A stretch of 64,000 bases of DNA from Alphaproteobacteria bacterium (GCA_041397865.1 JAWKVT010000003.1:22794-86793); one strand, 5' to 3'. Positions 1 to 10,117 are shown, numbered from the stretch's first letter. Numbers and translations: made by a program. Notes: generated by a model not told the origin, from the letters alone.

Positions 1-114
1 TAGCGACAGGTATAAACTTCTCTTCGCCTGAAGGCGAGGGATTTTAACCATCCCCGATGGGGACATTAACAATGATGACCTGAAGCCGTTTATCCGCGAT
101 CTGAACAGAAAAAA

Positions 115-687
115 CTAACCGCCCTCTTCAACCGCCTTCGGATCAATCACCTTATAGTAGTAATACCCCTGAAGCATCCCCTCGGGCAGACGCACAGAAT
201 AAGGATGCACGCCAAAACGCACATAACCCTGCGCTTCATAAATCTCAATTGCCCGCGCCATCGTTTCACGCACCTCAAGGTTAATCACCGCGAACTCTTC
301 GGCCCGCGCAACCTCTTCGGCTTTTTCAATCAACATCTTCGCCAGCCCGTGACCACGCGCCCAGGGCGCAACAAAATTCGTTGTCAATGTCACAATATGC
401 TGCTGCGCCTCATTATTCATCGGCGGTTTCCAGAGCTGGCACGTCCCGCAAATTACCCCGTCCAGACGCGCCACCAGTAAAATACGCGCCGGCATGGCAA
501 TCACGCCCTGCCAGTAACGCTCCATCACTTCCCGATTGGGAACCTCAACCCAGCCAAAACCTCCGCCGCCCTTGATCGCCGTATCCGTAGCGTCGCACAA
601 ATCGTTAAGATCCGGAACGCTCAAACTCTCAAGAACCTCCACCGTCGGCACAGGCGTTAAAGTCTGTAATCTCGTTTGATCGTTCAT
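115..687 (-). CDS. GNAT family N-acetyltransferase
   Basis: 190-aa ORF. Segments ...FVAPWARGHGLAKMLIEKAEEVA... and ...EIYEAQGYVRFGV... resemble the acetyl-CoA-binding core of the GNAT fold. Confidence 0.7.
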   Translation of the reverse strand: MNDQTRLQTLTPVPTVEVLESLSVPDLNDLCDATDTAIKGGGGFGWVEVPNREVMERYWQGVIAMPARILLVARLDGVICGTCQLWKPPMNNEAQQHIVTLTTNFVAPWARGHGLAKMLIEKAEEVARAEEFAVINLEVRETMARAIEIYEAQGYVRFGVHPYSVRLPEGMLQGYYYYKVIDPKAVEEGG

Positions 688-735
688 GACTACAAAACCT
701 CCGCTTTATTTATCTGGTCCCATGTTAAGCCTTTA

Positions 736-1422
736 TCAAGGCTTCCAATACATAAAATCACGCAGTAACCGCAGGCCTGCATCCTGACTTTTCTCCGGGT
801 GAAACTGCACACCCGCGATATTGTCCCGGCCTACTGCGGCGGCGAACAGTCCGCCATAATCGGCCAATGCTAAAACATGATGGTTATACTCACATTCAAA
901 CATAAAAGAATGAACAAAATAGTAATGATCGCGCCTTTGCTCAAAACTTTCTGTGCTGCGCAGCACAAAGTGCCGGTTGTCCTGTTCGCCCGAACCCGGC
1001 ATCACCAGTTCGTTCCAGCCCATATGCGGAATCTTCAGCGCCTTATCCGCAATGCGTTCAGCTAAAGGAACAACCTGCCCCGGCACCCAGTTAAGCCCGC
1101 CATGCACCCCATGCTCCAGCCCCCGAGTCGCAAGAAGCTGCATCCCCACGCAAATCCCTAAAAACGGCTTTCCGTCTTTAAGAACGCGGCTCTCCAGCGC
1201 CTCAATCATCCCCTCGGCCTGTTGCAAATTACCCATGCAATCGCCAAACGCCCCCTGTCCGGGAAGCACCAGCCGGTCCGCTTTCAAAACATCCTCCGCA
1301 TGCGAAGATACAACCACGCTTGCATGAATCGCCTCATTGCCGATCACATGCTCAAAAGCCTTCTGCGCAGAGGCGATATTGCCGGACCCGTAATCAATAA
1401 TCACTATGGTTTCTTTAGACAT
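736..1422 (-). CDS. hisH: imidazole glycerol phosphate synthase, glutamine amidotransferase subunit HisH
   Basis: IVIIDYGSGNI N-terminus, GKPFLGICVGMQLL (catalytic Cys context) and GVQFHPEKSQ (His/Glu of the triad). Start set at internal ATG 1422 (MSKETIV...); the ORF track starts at 1446. Confidence 0.9.
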   Translation of the reverse strand: MSKETIVIIDYGSGNIASAQKAFEHVIGNEAIHASVVVSSHAEDVLKADRLVLPGQGAFGDCMGNLQQAEGMIEALESRVLKDGKPFLGICVGMQLLATRGLEHGVHGGLNWVPGQVVPLAERIADKALKIPHMGWNELVMPGSGEQDNRHFVLRSTESFEQRRDHYYFVHSFMFECEYNHHVLALADYGGLFAAAVGRDNIAGVQFHPEKSQDAGLRLLRDFMYWKP

Positions 1423-1460
1423 GATGGTGTTATATCTATTTCGCAAGGTAAGGAAAAGCT

Positions 1461-2762
1461 ATGAATATTAATTTTTACCGCTGGAACAAAACCGATGAAG
1501 CCGACAAAGCGCGTATCATGCGCCGCTCACAGGCCGATATCGACGCTGTCGTAGAGCAAGTCATGCCCATCATCAATGATGTAGCCACCCGCGGCGACGT
1601 AGCGCTGATTGATTACGCCAAAAAATTTGAAAACGCCGATGTCAAAAACATCAAAGCTTGGGACAAGGAATTTGAAGAAGCGGAAAAAGCGCTCGATGAT
1701 GACCTGAAAGCCGCTATCCAGCACTGCGTGGCCAATGTCAAAAAATTCCATCAGGAACAGATGAACCGGGTCGAAGACCCTTGGATGGTCGAAATTGAAC
1801 CGGGCGTATTCGCAGGCGAACAGGTCAATCCGATAGAATCCGTTGGTTTGTACGTCCCGCGCGGCAAAGGCGCATTCCCTTCGGCGCTTTATATGCTTGC
1901 CGTCCCGGCTGTCATCGCGGGCGTAAAAAATATCGCCGTAGTCAGCCCGCCGACACCCGAAGGTAAAACCGACGCCGCAACGCTCTATACCGCCCGGCTC
2001 TGCGGCGTCGAAAATGTTTACAAATGTGGCGGCGCACAGGCCATCGCCGCGCTGGCATTCGGTACGGAAACAGTGCCCAGAGTCAAAAAAGTCCTCGGCC
2101 CCGGATCACCTTACGTTGCCGCCGCCAAACGAGTCTGTTCCGTCATCATGGACCCCGGCATGCCCGCCGGCCCTTCTGAATCAATTGTATTGGCCGATGA
2201 AACAGCAGACTCCGAAAACACCTGCTGGGATATCCTGAATGAAGCCGAACACGGCGAAGACAGCGCCGCTCTTTTGATAACACATGATAAAAAACTGGCT
2301 GAATTTGTGAGAGATAACTTGCCGAAAAAAATCGCCGAGCTGCCAGAGCCGCACAAATCCATCTGTACAAAAGTCATGAGCAACTACGGCGGGATTGTCC
2401 TCACCGAAAGCCTCGAACAATCCATTGAGGTCGCTAACCAATACGCACCGGAACATTTACACCTGAAAGTCAAAGACGCAGAAAACGTCGCCAAAAAACT
2501 ATTGCACGCCGGAGAAATCCTCATCGGCGAATACACACCCTCTTCGCTGGGCAATTACGGCATTGGCGTCAACCACGTTCTGCCCACCGGCGGCTGGGCG
2601 CATACTTATTCCTGCACGTCTGTTTGGGACTTCCTTAAGCGCACAAGCATTTCACGCTGCACAAAGGAAGGTTTTGAGAGCCTGAAAAATTCCGTTACAA
2701 TCTTAACCGATTACGAGAATTTCCCCGCGCATGGCGATGTTCTGCGCAAACGAAACTTATAG
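1461..2762 (+). CDS. hisD: histidinol dehydrogenase
   Basis: 433 aa. Contains GGAQAIAALAFGTETVPRVKKVLGPGSPYVAAAKR, EHGEDS, APEHLHL and NHVLPTGG, as in HisD. Confidence 0.93.
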   Translation: MNINFYRWNKTDEADKARIMRRSQADIDAVVEQVMPIINDVATRGDVALIDYAKKFENADVKNIKAWDKEFEEAEKALDDDLKAAIQHCVANVKKFHQEQMNRVEDPWMVEIEPGVFAGEQVNPIESVGLYVPRGKGAFPSALYMLAVPAVIAGVKNIAVVSPPTPEGKTDAATLYTARLCGVENVYKCGGAQAIAALAFGTETVPRVKKVLGPGSPYVAAAKRVCSVIMDPGMPAGPSESIVLADETADSENTCWDILNEAEHGEDSAALLITHDKKLAEFVRDNLPKKIAELPEPHKSICTKVMSNYGGIVLTESLEQSIEVANQYAPEHLHLKVKDAENVAKKLLHAGEILIGEYTPSSLGNYGIGVNHVLPTGGWAHTYSCTSVWDFLKRTSISRCTKEGFESLKNSVTILTDYENFPAHGDVLRKRNL

Positions 2763-2772
2763 GAAAACAGTC

Positions 2773-3654
2773 ATGAAACTTTTAACGCTGCTTGTTTGTC
2801 TGCTCATCCCTTTCTCTGCCCAGGCGCAAGATAACAACGACATCGAAATCATCAAGGTTCGTGACGGCATCCATATGCTCATCAGCCCCGAAGGCGGCAA
2901 TATCACCGCATCCACGGGCGAAGACGGCACATTCATTATAGATGACAATCTGGAAGGCCGGGAGTCCGTTATTACCGATGCGATTAAAAGCCTGAACGAA
3001 CAAAACGTTAAATTCGTTCTCAACACTCATTACCATTTCGACCATACCGGAACGAACGAAACTTTCGGCGATGAAGGCGCGATAATCGTCGCGCATGATA
3101 ACGTGCGCAAACGCCTGAGCGAGCGCCAGTTCATTAGCTTCTTCAACAAGGAAATGCCCGCACTTGAAAAATCTGGCCTGCCCGTTGTCACCTTTAGCGA
3201 AGGATTAAACCTGCACTATAACGGCGATGACGTGCAAATCATCCACATGCCCGGCGCACATACCGATGGCGACGCCGCCGCATTTTTCAAAAACGCCAAT
3301 GTCATCGTCGCCGGTGATGTCATCTTCAACGGCATGTACCCCTTCATCGACGCCCAACATGGCGGATCAATCAAAGGCGTACTGGCCGCACAAAGCACGC
3401 TCCTGAACATCGCCGATGACAACACCGCCATCATCCCCGGCCACGGCCCGCTGATGAACAAAGCCAACCTCCAAGCCTACCACGATGCGCTCGCCGAAAT
3501 TACAGGCAACATTGAAACCGCAATCAAAAACGGAAAAACGCTCGAAGAAACTCTGGCCGCAAAACCCACCGCAAAGTTTGATGAAAAACTCGGCGGCGGC
3601 TTCATAACGCCTGATGTGTTTGTCACATTTCTCTACGAACATTTAAACCGTTAA
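2773..3654 (+). CDS. secreted metallo-beta-lactamase-fold hydrolase
   Basis: HYHFDHTG (HxHxDH) motif. Signal peptide MKLLTLLVCLLIPFSAQA. ATG 2773 is preceded by AGGAAAA. Confidence 0.8.
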   Translation: MKLLTLLVCLLIPFSAQAQDNNDIEIIKVRDGIHMLISPEGGNITASTGEDGTFIIDDNLEGRESVITDAIKSLNEQNVKFVLNTHYHFDHTGTNETFGDEGAIIVAHDNVRKRLSERQFISFFNKEMPALEKSGLPVVTFSEGLNLHYNGDDVQIIHMPGAHTDGDAAAFFKNANVIVAGDVIFNGMYPFIDAQHGGSIKGVLAAQSTLLNIADDNTAIIPGHGPLMNKANLQAYHDALAEITGNIETAIKNGKTLEETLAAKPTAKFDEKLGGGFITPDVFVTFLYEHLNR

Positions 3655-3655
3655 C

Positions 3656-4366
3656 TTGATGATACGCGAACCGAACATAGAGTTGAAAAAAACACAGGCC
3701 GGAAACGCACTGTTCCTGATTTTAATCGCCGTCATTCTTTTTGCTACACTGTCTTTCGCTCTGACAGGCAGCTCGCGGACAGGCACGGGAAACGCCGACA
3801 ACGAATCCGGACAAATTTACGCTACGCAGCTAAATCAATACCCGGCGCTGGTCCGTTCTCAGATTCTGCGCATGCGGGCCAATAAAGTTGAAATAGAACA
3901 GCTCGAATTCAACCCGCCTTCCGATTTCGGCAGCATAAGTAACCAGAAATTCAGCGTATTCTACCCCGGCTCCAACGCCGCCTACGCCCTTTCCGCCCCG
4001 GCCCTCATGGCAAATGCCCAGCAAGGCCGATGGTTTTTTAACTTAAATTTTGAAATCAATAACATCGGCTCGAACAGCCCCGGAAATATGCAAGGCAACG
4101 ACCTCGTCGCATTTTTACCGGGGCTAAAAGCCAATATATGCCAGCGCGTAAACGACCTCTTTAACCTGTCGACCATACCCAGCGTAAATAGCGGCGCATA
4201 CTATACACAAAGCATCGACTATATGGATCACAGCTATAGCCTCCCGGCTTCGGAAACCGTTATCGGCGACACAAATTTAAGCGAACTCGACGCGCAGCCC
4301 TTCGGGTGCTTCCTCGAAACCTCCAATAACGTTTATATTTATTACTTTACCCTGATTGAACGTTAA
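3656..4366 (+). CDS. hypothetical membrane-anchored protein (hydrophobic N-terminal helix, pilin-like but non-canonical)
   Basis: 236-aa ORF, TTG/ATG start. N-terminus KKTQAGNALFLILIAVILFATLSFALTGS followed by a polar domain. I recognise no catalytic motif. Confidence 0.45.
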   Translation: MMIREPNIELKKTQAGNALFLILIAVILFATLSFALTGSSRTGTGNADNESGQIYATQLNQYPALVRSQILRMRANKVEIEQLEFNPPSDFGSISNQKFSVFYPGSNAAYALSAPALMANAQQGRWFFNLNFEINNIGSNSPGNMQGNDLVAFLPGLKANICQRVNDLFNLSTIPSVNSGAYYTQSIDYMDHSYSLPASETVIGDTNLSELDAQPFGCFLETSNNVYIYYFTLIER

Positions 4367-4386
4367 CCTTTGAAAACACAAACGCG

Positions 4387-4869
4387 ATGAGCGATGAAAT
4401 TCATTACATGACGCCGCATGGCCACAAAACCCTCACCGATGAACAGGATTTCCTGATCCACACTGAACGTCCGAAAATCTGCGAAATCGTTTCATGGGCC
4501 GCCGGAAACGGCGACCGTTCCGAAAACGGCGATTACATCTATAACAAAAAACGCCTGCGCGAAATTGATCGCCGCCTGCGTTACCTGAAAAAGAAACTCG
4601 ATAATTGCAAAATCGTTAACCCCAAAGATCAGCAAAATTGTGACCGTGTCTATTTCGGCGCCACCGTCACCTACGCCCGCGAAAGCGGCAACGAAGTCAC
4701 CGTAAAACTCGTCGGCGTCGATGAAGCCGATTTCGCAGAAGGCAAAATCAACTGGCAATCCCCCGTCGGCAAAGCCCTGCTGAAAAGCGAAGAAGGCGAC
4801 ATCGTCAAAGTACGTACGGATGAAGGCGTTGAAGAAATTGAAGTGATAAAAATTTCTTATCCGCTATAA
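4387..4869 (+). CDS. greB: transcription elongation factor GreB
   Basis: 160 aa. GDRSENGDYIYNKKRLREIDRRLRYL closely matches the GreB coiled-coil region as I remember it from E. coli. C-terminal GreA/B domain present (SPVGKALLKSEEGD). Confidence 0.88.
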   Translation: MSDEIHYMTPHGHKTLTDEQDFLIHTERPKICEIVSWAAGNGDRSENGDYIYNKKRLREIDRRLRYLKKKLDNCKIVNPKDQQNCDRVYFGATVTYARESGNEVTVKLVGVDEADFAEGKINWQSPVGKALLKSEEGDIVKVRTDEGVEEIEVIKISYPL

Positions 4870-4921
4870 AATCGAACCAAAACGAACCGCCCCTTGCAGG
4901 GCGATTCGCATTGATTTAGTA

Positions 4922-5113
4922 TCAAAATAGGCTAGATTGCCTATTCTCAATGTTAAGTAGCCAATCCCAATGCCCATTTTTCACTTCGGAAATCCGGCCT
5001 TGGTTTACATCTACTTGTGCAGCGATTTGGTGTTGATGATATCGGCGAGTGTCCAACAAGTCCTTTATCTTCTTCACTAAATCCGCTGTCATTCTTCTCG
5101 AAGGCTTTTTCAA
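4922..5113 (-). CDS. small putative helix-turn-helix DNA-binding protein
   Basis: 63-aa ORF in a low-GC pocket between greB and hisB. ...YHQHQIAAQVDVNQGRISEVKNG... resembles an HTH recognition segment. Confidence 0.35.
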   Translation of the reverse strand: MKKPSRRMTADLVKKIKDLLDTRRYHQHQIAAQVDVNQGRISEVKNGHWDWLLNIENRQSSLF

Positions 5114-5312
5114 TATAAAGCTCCTCTAAAATGTGGGACGTACTTTTTCCCACTTGTATTCCTCGATAAACACTCCAAGAACTGAAGTGTATAAATACAA
5201 GAGTGCGCCGATAAGCACGCTCAACGACTCACTGTTAGCATTTTACTAATGAATCTGTGTATTACCGAGTCTTTTCCAACAAATACATGGGAATAACGAG
5301 GATAAATAACAC

Positions 5313-5921
5313 TTAAAGCGCACCCTTCGTGCTCGGCAGCGCGTCCGGATTACGCGGATCGCTCTCCACCGCCATACGCAGCGCTTTGGCAAACGCCTTA
5401 AACACCGCCTCAATAATATGGTGATTGTTCGTCCCGGCCAGTTGGCTCACATGCAAAGTCATGCCCGCCGCCCCGGCCAGCGCGTTAAAGAATTCCTGAA
5501 ACAGCTCCGTATCCATCTCCCCCAAACGATCAACGGTAAAATTCACATCCCACACCAGATAAGGCCGGTTCGATAAATCCAGCGAAACGGAAGAGCGCGC
5601 CTCATCCATCACCAAATCAAAATGCCCGTAACGGCGAATGCCGCATTTATCACCGACCGCCTCACGAATAGCCTGCCCCAGCGTAATTCCGACATCTTCC
5701 GCCGAATGATGCCCGTCAATATGCAGATCGCCATCGCACCTGATCGTCATATCAATCAACGAGTGCTTCGAAAGCTGCTCCAGCATATGATCGAAAAAGC
5801 CAATCCCGGTTGAAACATCATAAACCCCGCGCCCGTCTAGATTCACGGTTGCACTCACAGACGTTTCATTCGTTTTGCGGGTAATTGTCCCCAATCTTTC
5901 ATCCCGGCCTTCTTTAGGCAT
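5313..5921 (-). CDS. hisB: imidazoleglycerol-phosphate dehydratase
   Basis: RKTNETSVSATVNLDG, TGIGFFDHMLEQLSKHS, DGDLHIDGHHSAEDVGI and HHIIEAVFKAF motifs. Confidence 0.93.
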   Translation of the reverse strand: MPKEGRDERLGTITRKTNETSVSATVNLDGRGVYDVSTGIGFFDHMLEQLSKHSLIDMTIRCDGDLHIDGHHSAEDVGITLGQAIREAVGDKCGIRRYGHFDLVMDEARSSVSLDLSNRPYLVWDVNFTVDRLGEMDTELFQEFFNALAGAAGMTLHVSQLAGTNNHHIIEAVFKAFAKALRMAVESDPRNPDALPSTKGAL

Positions 5922-5986
5922 CTTTGCATGCTCCCGTATATGGTTTACGCTTTTTAAAAACAGCGCTCACCATAACATAAAACCTT

Positions 5987-7378
5987 ATGAAATTGCCATT
6001 CAAAACACTGTTACAAACTATGACACTGACGCTAGCCTTAAGCGCATGCGGCGCACCGGTCAAGGAAGTTCACTTCGCCCCCACCCCCGACATCCCCGAA
6101 ACCGCAACCCCAACCCCTATAAAATACAGCGGGATTGAGCTCCTCCTGCCCCCCGGCATGAATATCGGAACACAGCAAGGCGGGCAATTCTGTATCTCCC
6201 CCGCGCTGCCCGTAAACCGCAATGTCCTGTCCAAAGCCATAGATAAAAAATTCCTCCGCCAATCTTTCCACGATGCGATGGAGGCCAACGGCTACGATGT
6301 TGTCGGCTCGCTCGATATTCTCTTCGAACCCGATGATGAAGACCAGCGCGCCGAATATTCCATCAAGGGCAAACTCAGGGATGCCCAGGTCAATATGTGC
6401 AATCATGACGGCTTGCTAAACCCGGATTGGCTCACCGGCTGGCCGGGCGACCGCGGACGCATGTATCTCGCTTTTGACTGGAGCGTTTACGACCAGCTCC
6501 GCCGCACGGTTGTCTATAAAACAAGCACCGAGGGCTACACAAAGCGACGCACACCGAACGAGGAAGGCCTCGCCCTGCTCTTCAGTGACGCTTTCGAAAT
6601 GGCGGTGCATAACCTCGCCGCCGATGAAGAGTTCCGCGCGCTCATTGTCGATGGCAAAAAACCCGAACATTCCGGCCTCGCCCGCGACATGCGCGGCGAA
6701 AAAATCGACCGCCGCCCAAGGCTGTTCGAGCCCGATGAGGAAGTCACCCTGCCGGACAACCCCCTCTCCCGCCAACCATTCGCCAAAACCGCCGATGAAG
6801 GACGCAATGTCTCCGTACTGGTGCATAAAGGCCCGCATGGCTCGGGCTTCTTTCTAACCCGCGAAGGCCACATCCTCACCACCGCTAGCACCGTCGGCGA
6901 AGCCCGCCGCACCCGCATCGTCACAAACGCCCGCAAAACCGGGCTCACCGCCGAAGTTCTGCGCGTCGACCGCGCCCGCGATGTCGCCCTGCTCAAGCTA
7001 GAGGAAATCCCCGAATGGCTGGACATCAAAACCCTGCCCATTCGCCTCGATCTGCCCAAAGTCGGCGAGGATGTCTACGCCATCGGCGTTCCGCGCGACT
7101 GGAAAGCCTTCCGCGGCTCGCTCACCAAAGGCATCGTCAGCGCCCACCGCAAAAACATGAAGGTCCACGGCCTGCGCAATAACTTTATTCAAGGCGACGT
7201 AGAAATCCACCCCGGCTCTTCAGGCGGCGTCCTACTCGATGAATACGGCAACATTATCGGCATCGCTTCAGGCGACAGTAACGATTTCAGCGCCGGTGAC
7301 AGCGCCCGCATCGGCACCGGCCTCAACCTGTTCATCCCGATTCGCGAAGCCCTCGACCGCCTCGGTATTGCATATTAA
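5987..7378 (+). CDS. lipoprotein with C-terminal trypsin-like (S1) serine protease domain
   Basis: Lipobox LALSAC. C-terminal GSGFFLTREGHILTTASTV (His), DVALLKL (Asp) and GDVEIHPGSSGGVLLD (Ser) match the chymotrypsin-fold triad order. Confidence 0.7.
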   Translation: MKLPFKTLLQTMTLTLALSACGAPVKEVHFAPTPDIPETATPTPIKYSGIELLLPPGMNIGTQQGGQFCISPALPVNRNVLSKAIDKKFLRQSFHDAMEANGYDVVGSLDILFEPDDEDQRAEYSIKGKLRDAQVNMCNHDGLLNPDWLTGWPGDRGRMYLAFDWSVYDQLRRTVVYKTSTEGYTKRRTPNEEGLALLFSDAFEMAVHNLAADEEFRALIVDGKKPEHSGLARDMRGEKIDRRPRLFEPDEEVTLPDNPLSRQPFAKTADEGRNVSVLVHKGPHGSGFFLTREGHILTTASTVGEARRTRIVTNARKTGLTAEVLRVDRARDVALLKLEEIPEWLDIKTLPIRLDLPKVGEDVYAIGVPRDWKAFRGSLTKGIVSAHRKNMKVHGLRNNFIQGDVEIHPGSSGGVLLDEYGNIIGIASGDSNDFSAGDSARIGTGLNLFIPIREALDRLGIAY

Positions 7379-7410
7379 CAGCTACATATTGCCCATACCT
7401 TCACACAAAC

Positions 7411-7445
7411 GTCATTGCGAGGAAGCAAAGCTGATGAAGCAATCC
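7411..7445. repeat. short purine-rich pseudo-palindromic element (possible degenerate relative of the hairpin family)
   Basis: GTCATTGCGAGGAAGCAAAGCTGATGAAGCAATCC, just downstream of the protease gene. ATTGC/GCAAT ends flank a GAGGAAGCAAAG core. Confidence 0.3.
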
Positions 7446-8075
7446 AAATATAGCGCATCCCTTATAAAACGATCATGCTTCCCCCGCGAATACCCTCTGA
7501 GGCACAAGAGCGGGGATCTTACAGCATTGTTTTTAAAATATATTTGATCTGTCAAAATAAAAAGACGGATCTGACAATAAACGCGAAAGCCCATGCGTCT
7601 TCTTTGTTCCCATGGCGTGAACAAAACAATATTCACCCAATAACGAATCCCAAAAAAACATTCCCCTCACACACCCCACAGTCCAAAAACAACCCCCTAC
7701 TGCCCCCGTTTTAACCCGAAATACAGGCCATACGCCGCTTAAAAAGCCCCATTGTCTATAATTTATAGCATTTTAACCCCTTTTAGCCTGTGCAAAACCA
7801 TAAAAACGCTACGGTCTAAAAATCGCTCAAACCCACAACCAAAGCGAGCAACCAGCCGTCAACCCAATCATAAAATATATTTTTAAGGCATTGAATGCTA
7901 TAGATGCTGCACAGCCATTGACATTCTGTGTTCTTTCGATCACACCCCCCAAAAACATGCCGAAAATTACACTCGACTCTCCAAAAAAGACTCAATATTT
8001 TAAGATTATTAAAACCAGAAACAGTTTTTCTTGCATTTGACCTGCAATTAATGATACGTTTCGTTCTATATATGA

Positions 8076-8450
8076 ATGGAGAGAAAAATGGCTCCCGATG
8101 TAAACAAATCTTTCGCGGCAAAAGCTGGCCTAGCCCTTTTATCCTTGGGCCTCACCTTTTTGCCCGCCGCGAACGCAGGCGCACAAAGCACGCATACTCA
8201 AGCTGCTCCGCAAACTGTTGCCCTCAATCAAACCGGTAAACCTGTAACCTTGAGCGTTGGCCCAGGCTTTAGCCCGGCATCAGCAGAGTCCATGGCAAGA
8301 GTAATAAATAGTGAAGGTTGCCCTGTGACATTGCGTAATGATGGTTTTATTCCCGATTCTATTGATGTTGAAGTTAACGGAAGGCTAGCTAATTTCACAA
8401 GTGTCGGCTCCGCCGGATCGTTCGCACTCAGGAATTGTACGCCTAGCTAA
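8076..8450 (+). CDS. small secreted hypothetical protein
   Basis: 124-aa ORF with signal-peptide-like AAKAGLALLSLGLTFLPAANAGAQ, preceded by GGAGAGAAAA. Lies in a low-GC island. Confidence 0.45.
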   Translation: MERKMAPDVNKSFAAKAGLALLSLGLTFLPAANAGAQSTHTQAAPQTVALNQTGKPVTLSVGPGFSPASAESMARVINSEGCPVTLRNDGFIPDSIDVEVNGRLANFTSVGSAGSFALRNCTPS

Positions 8451-8453
8451 AAA

Positions 8454-9713
8454 CTAGCTAGTAAAATTGTTTGATGGAAGAATATTGGAAGACGCAACAG
8501 AAGAACTTTCTCGCGTCTCTGTTGTTGTCTTATCTTGGAATGCTATTTTCAGATCTCCCGATAGTCGACTACCGACGGATTGACTTTCGTTTTTGGCAAG
8601 TATTGAACTAGAAACAAGAGCATCTTTAACATCTACCGATACGTGCTGCTCTTCAAGCAACGCCACTTTCGTTTTTTCATCAAACCTCTTAAGAATGCCT
8701 TGCAAAGCATTCTCATAGCTCGGTTGGCCTTTTAATTTTTCAATACGGCCATAGAGAATATTAAATTCAAAAACTTTTAGCCTTGTTAACAAAAATGAAT
8801 TTGTAACTTCATTCCCCATTAATTCATTTCTTGTATCTTGGTCCAGTTTCGCAATAAACGCATCCGCAGCCGCTGCAAATTCCGGCGTATTTTCCTTACC
8901 TCGCCACTTCGCCAAAAATGTCCCGGTTAAATCCTGTTCCTTTTCCTCTACGTTATCCGCCGCATCAAAGCTGCTCTTCGTACTAAAATCCATAAGAGCG
9001 GTAACATCTTCTTCAGGTGGATTACTTCGATCAAAATTATTCCCCGCCGCAACATAATCCTGAACCAGTGAATCATAATGGGCCTTTGTAAAATCAATCG
9101 GCTTTCCTGTATTCATTGCATGAGCGAAATCAGAATGCCTGTTTTCCAAATCATCCTTATCCCGCTTCAAAACCTCAACTTCATCCCGGTCAACCTGCAT
9201 TTGCTCGGCCAGAATATCCACCAAAAGCACATCCACATTATCGGCTTTCGGGTCAAATTTTTGCCCGTGACGCTTTTCCCATGCCTTAATGGCCCGCTGC
9301 ACGGCCTTATCCCGCAAGGCATCATCCACACCCATTTCGCCGTTTTGCAACGCGTCATGAGCGATTTTCATATCGCTGATATGACGCTCCAATTGCCGGA
9401 TCTGACGGCTAAGTCTGTCAATCTGATCTTGTATATCGAGAAGAATCTGCTGAATATAGTTCTGGCGCCGCGCTTGCTCACTGCCACCGCTACCCTGTTC
9501 GCCACGGTGAACGCGGCGCTGACGCCCCCCTATGACAGAGCTATCATCCCCGGCATCTTGCATTTCCCTGAAAAGATCCTCAAGCTCCTGCCCTTTCGCA
9601 CGGACGTGCGGTACCTCTAAATGAGCGGCCTCAAACGCAGCTTGAAGCTCGGAAACCTCGGGTTGCCCGGTAAGCTCGAGCGCAGCCGCTCTAAATTCCG
9701 GCTTTGAAACCAT
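8454..9713 (-). CDS. hypothetical coiled-coil protein
   Basis: 419-aa ORF with no signal peptide. Long heptad-like charged stretches (QILLDIQDQIDRLSRQIRQLERHISDMKIAHDAL) and a Ser/Thr-rich C-terminus. Confidence 0.55.
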   Translation of the reverse strand: MVSKPEFRAAALELTGQPEVSELQAAFEAAHLEVPHVRAKGQELEDLFREMQDAGDDSSVIGGRQRRVHRGEQGSGGSEQARRQNYIQQILLDIQDQIDRLSRQIRQLERHISDMKIAHDALQNGEMGVDDALRDKAVQRAIKAWEKRHGQKFDPKADNVDVLLVDILAEQMQVDRDEVEVLKRDKDDLENRHSDFAHAMNTGKPIDFTKAHYDSLVQDYVAAGNNFDRSNPPEEDVTALMDFSTKSSFDAADNVEEKEQDLTGTFLAKWRGKENTPEFAAAADAFIAKLDQDTRNELMGNEVTNSFLLTRLKVFEFNILYGRIEKLKGQPSYENALQGILKRFDEKTKVALLEEQHVSVDVKDALVSSSILAKNESQSVGSRLSGDLKIAFQDKTTTETRESSSVASSNILPSNNFTS

Positions 9714-10088
9714 GATAATCCCCTGTTACACACACGCCGTTCATTCAACACCTGAACTTTTTCTTATTTAAAACCCGCGCGCTTTCCATACGCTTTTCGC
9801 ACTTTTTTCCGCGCGCGCATCTCTAAATTAAGCGATAAAAATTAACAAATTACGTAAACAATACACAATTTATCTAAAATTTTAGCTAAATTTGAAATAT
9901 TTCTGTTTTTAATGAATCCCGCGCTTGAATTTATGACCGTTTCACGGCAAAAAAACACGCAAGAGTTGTATAAAGTTTATTTTCACATTTCACATTTTTT
10001 TCGCCTGCCTCTGGCGATTACAATCGTATGCGGCAAAATCCCGCCAAACACCCAAACCCGCGCTCAGCAAAGTTTTCCGTAAAAAATC

Positions 10089-10117
10089 TTGACATAACGT
10101 TAATGTTTTGTTAACTT
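10089..10117 (+). promoter_or_regulatory. sigma70-like promoter (TTGACA-N17-TAACTT) upstream of the 689-aa ORF
   Basis: TTGACA at 10089-10094, 17-nt spacer, TAACTT at 10112-10117, about 70 nt upstream of the ATG at 10186. Confidence 0.4.
10100..10115 (+). promoter_or_regulatory. CtrA-box-like motif TTAA-N7-TTAAC
   Basis: The exact sequence TTAATGTTTTGTTAAC overlaps the spacer and -10 of the promoter above. Confidence 0.3.

Noticed and set aside
1-114. A possible 3' end of a plus-strand gene and a small hairpin (CTTCGCC-TGAA-GGCGAGG followed by GATTTT) at the left edge of the window.
   Set aside because: The frame ending at TAA 116-118 is interrupted by an in-frame TGA at 29-31, so no coding continuity exists. 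The hairpin alone is too weak and too truncated by the window edge to call a terminator.
3656-4366. A possible type IV pilin or pseudopilin, based on the N-terminal sequence AGNALFLILIAVILFATLSFAL.
   Set aside because: It lacks the canonical G/(F,M)TLIE prepilin cleavage motif and the Glu at +5, and no pilus assembly genes are adjacent. I kept it as a hypothetical membrane-anchored protein.
736-5921. The unusual scattering of his genes: hisH and hisD are divergent, and hisB lies 2.5 kb away beyond an MBL hydrolase, an unknown gene, greB and a small HTH gene.
   Set aside because: Dispersed his genes are common in alphaproteobacteria. There is nothing in the sequence itself beyond the small low-GC pocket at 4870-5312 already noted for the HTH ORF.
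7816-8121. A 101-aa minus-strand ORF in the AT-rich spacer upstream of the small secreted protein gene.
   Set aside because: It is Cys/Arg/Phe-rich and low-complexity, has no RBS, and overlaps the better-supported plus-strand ORF start at 8076. It is probably not coding.
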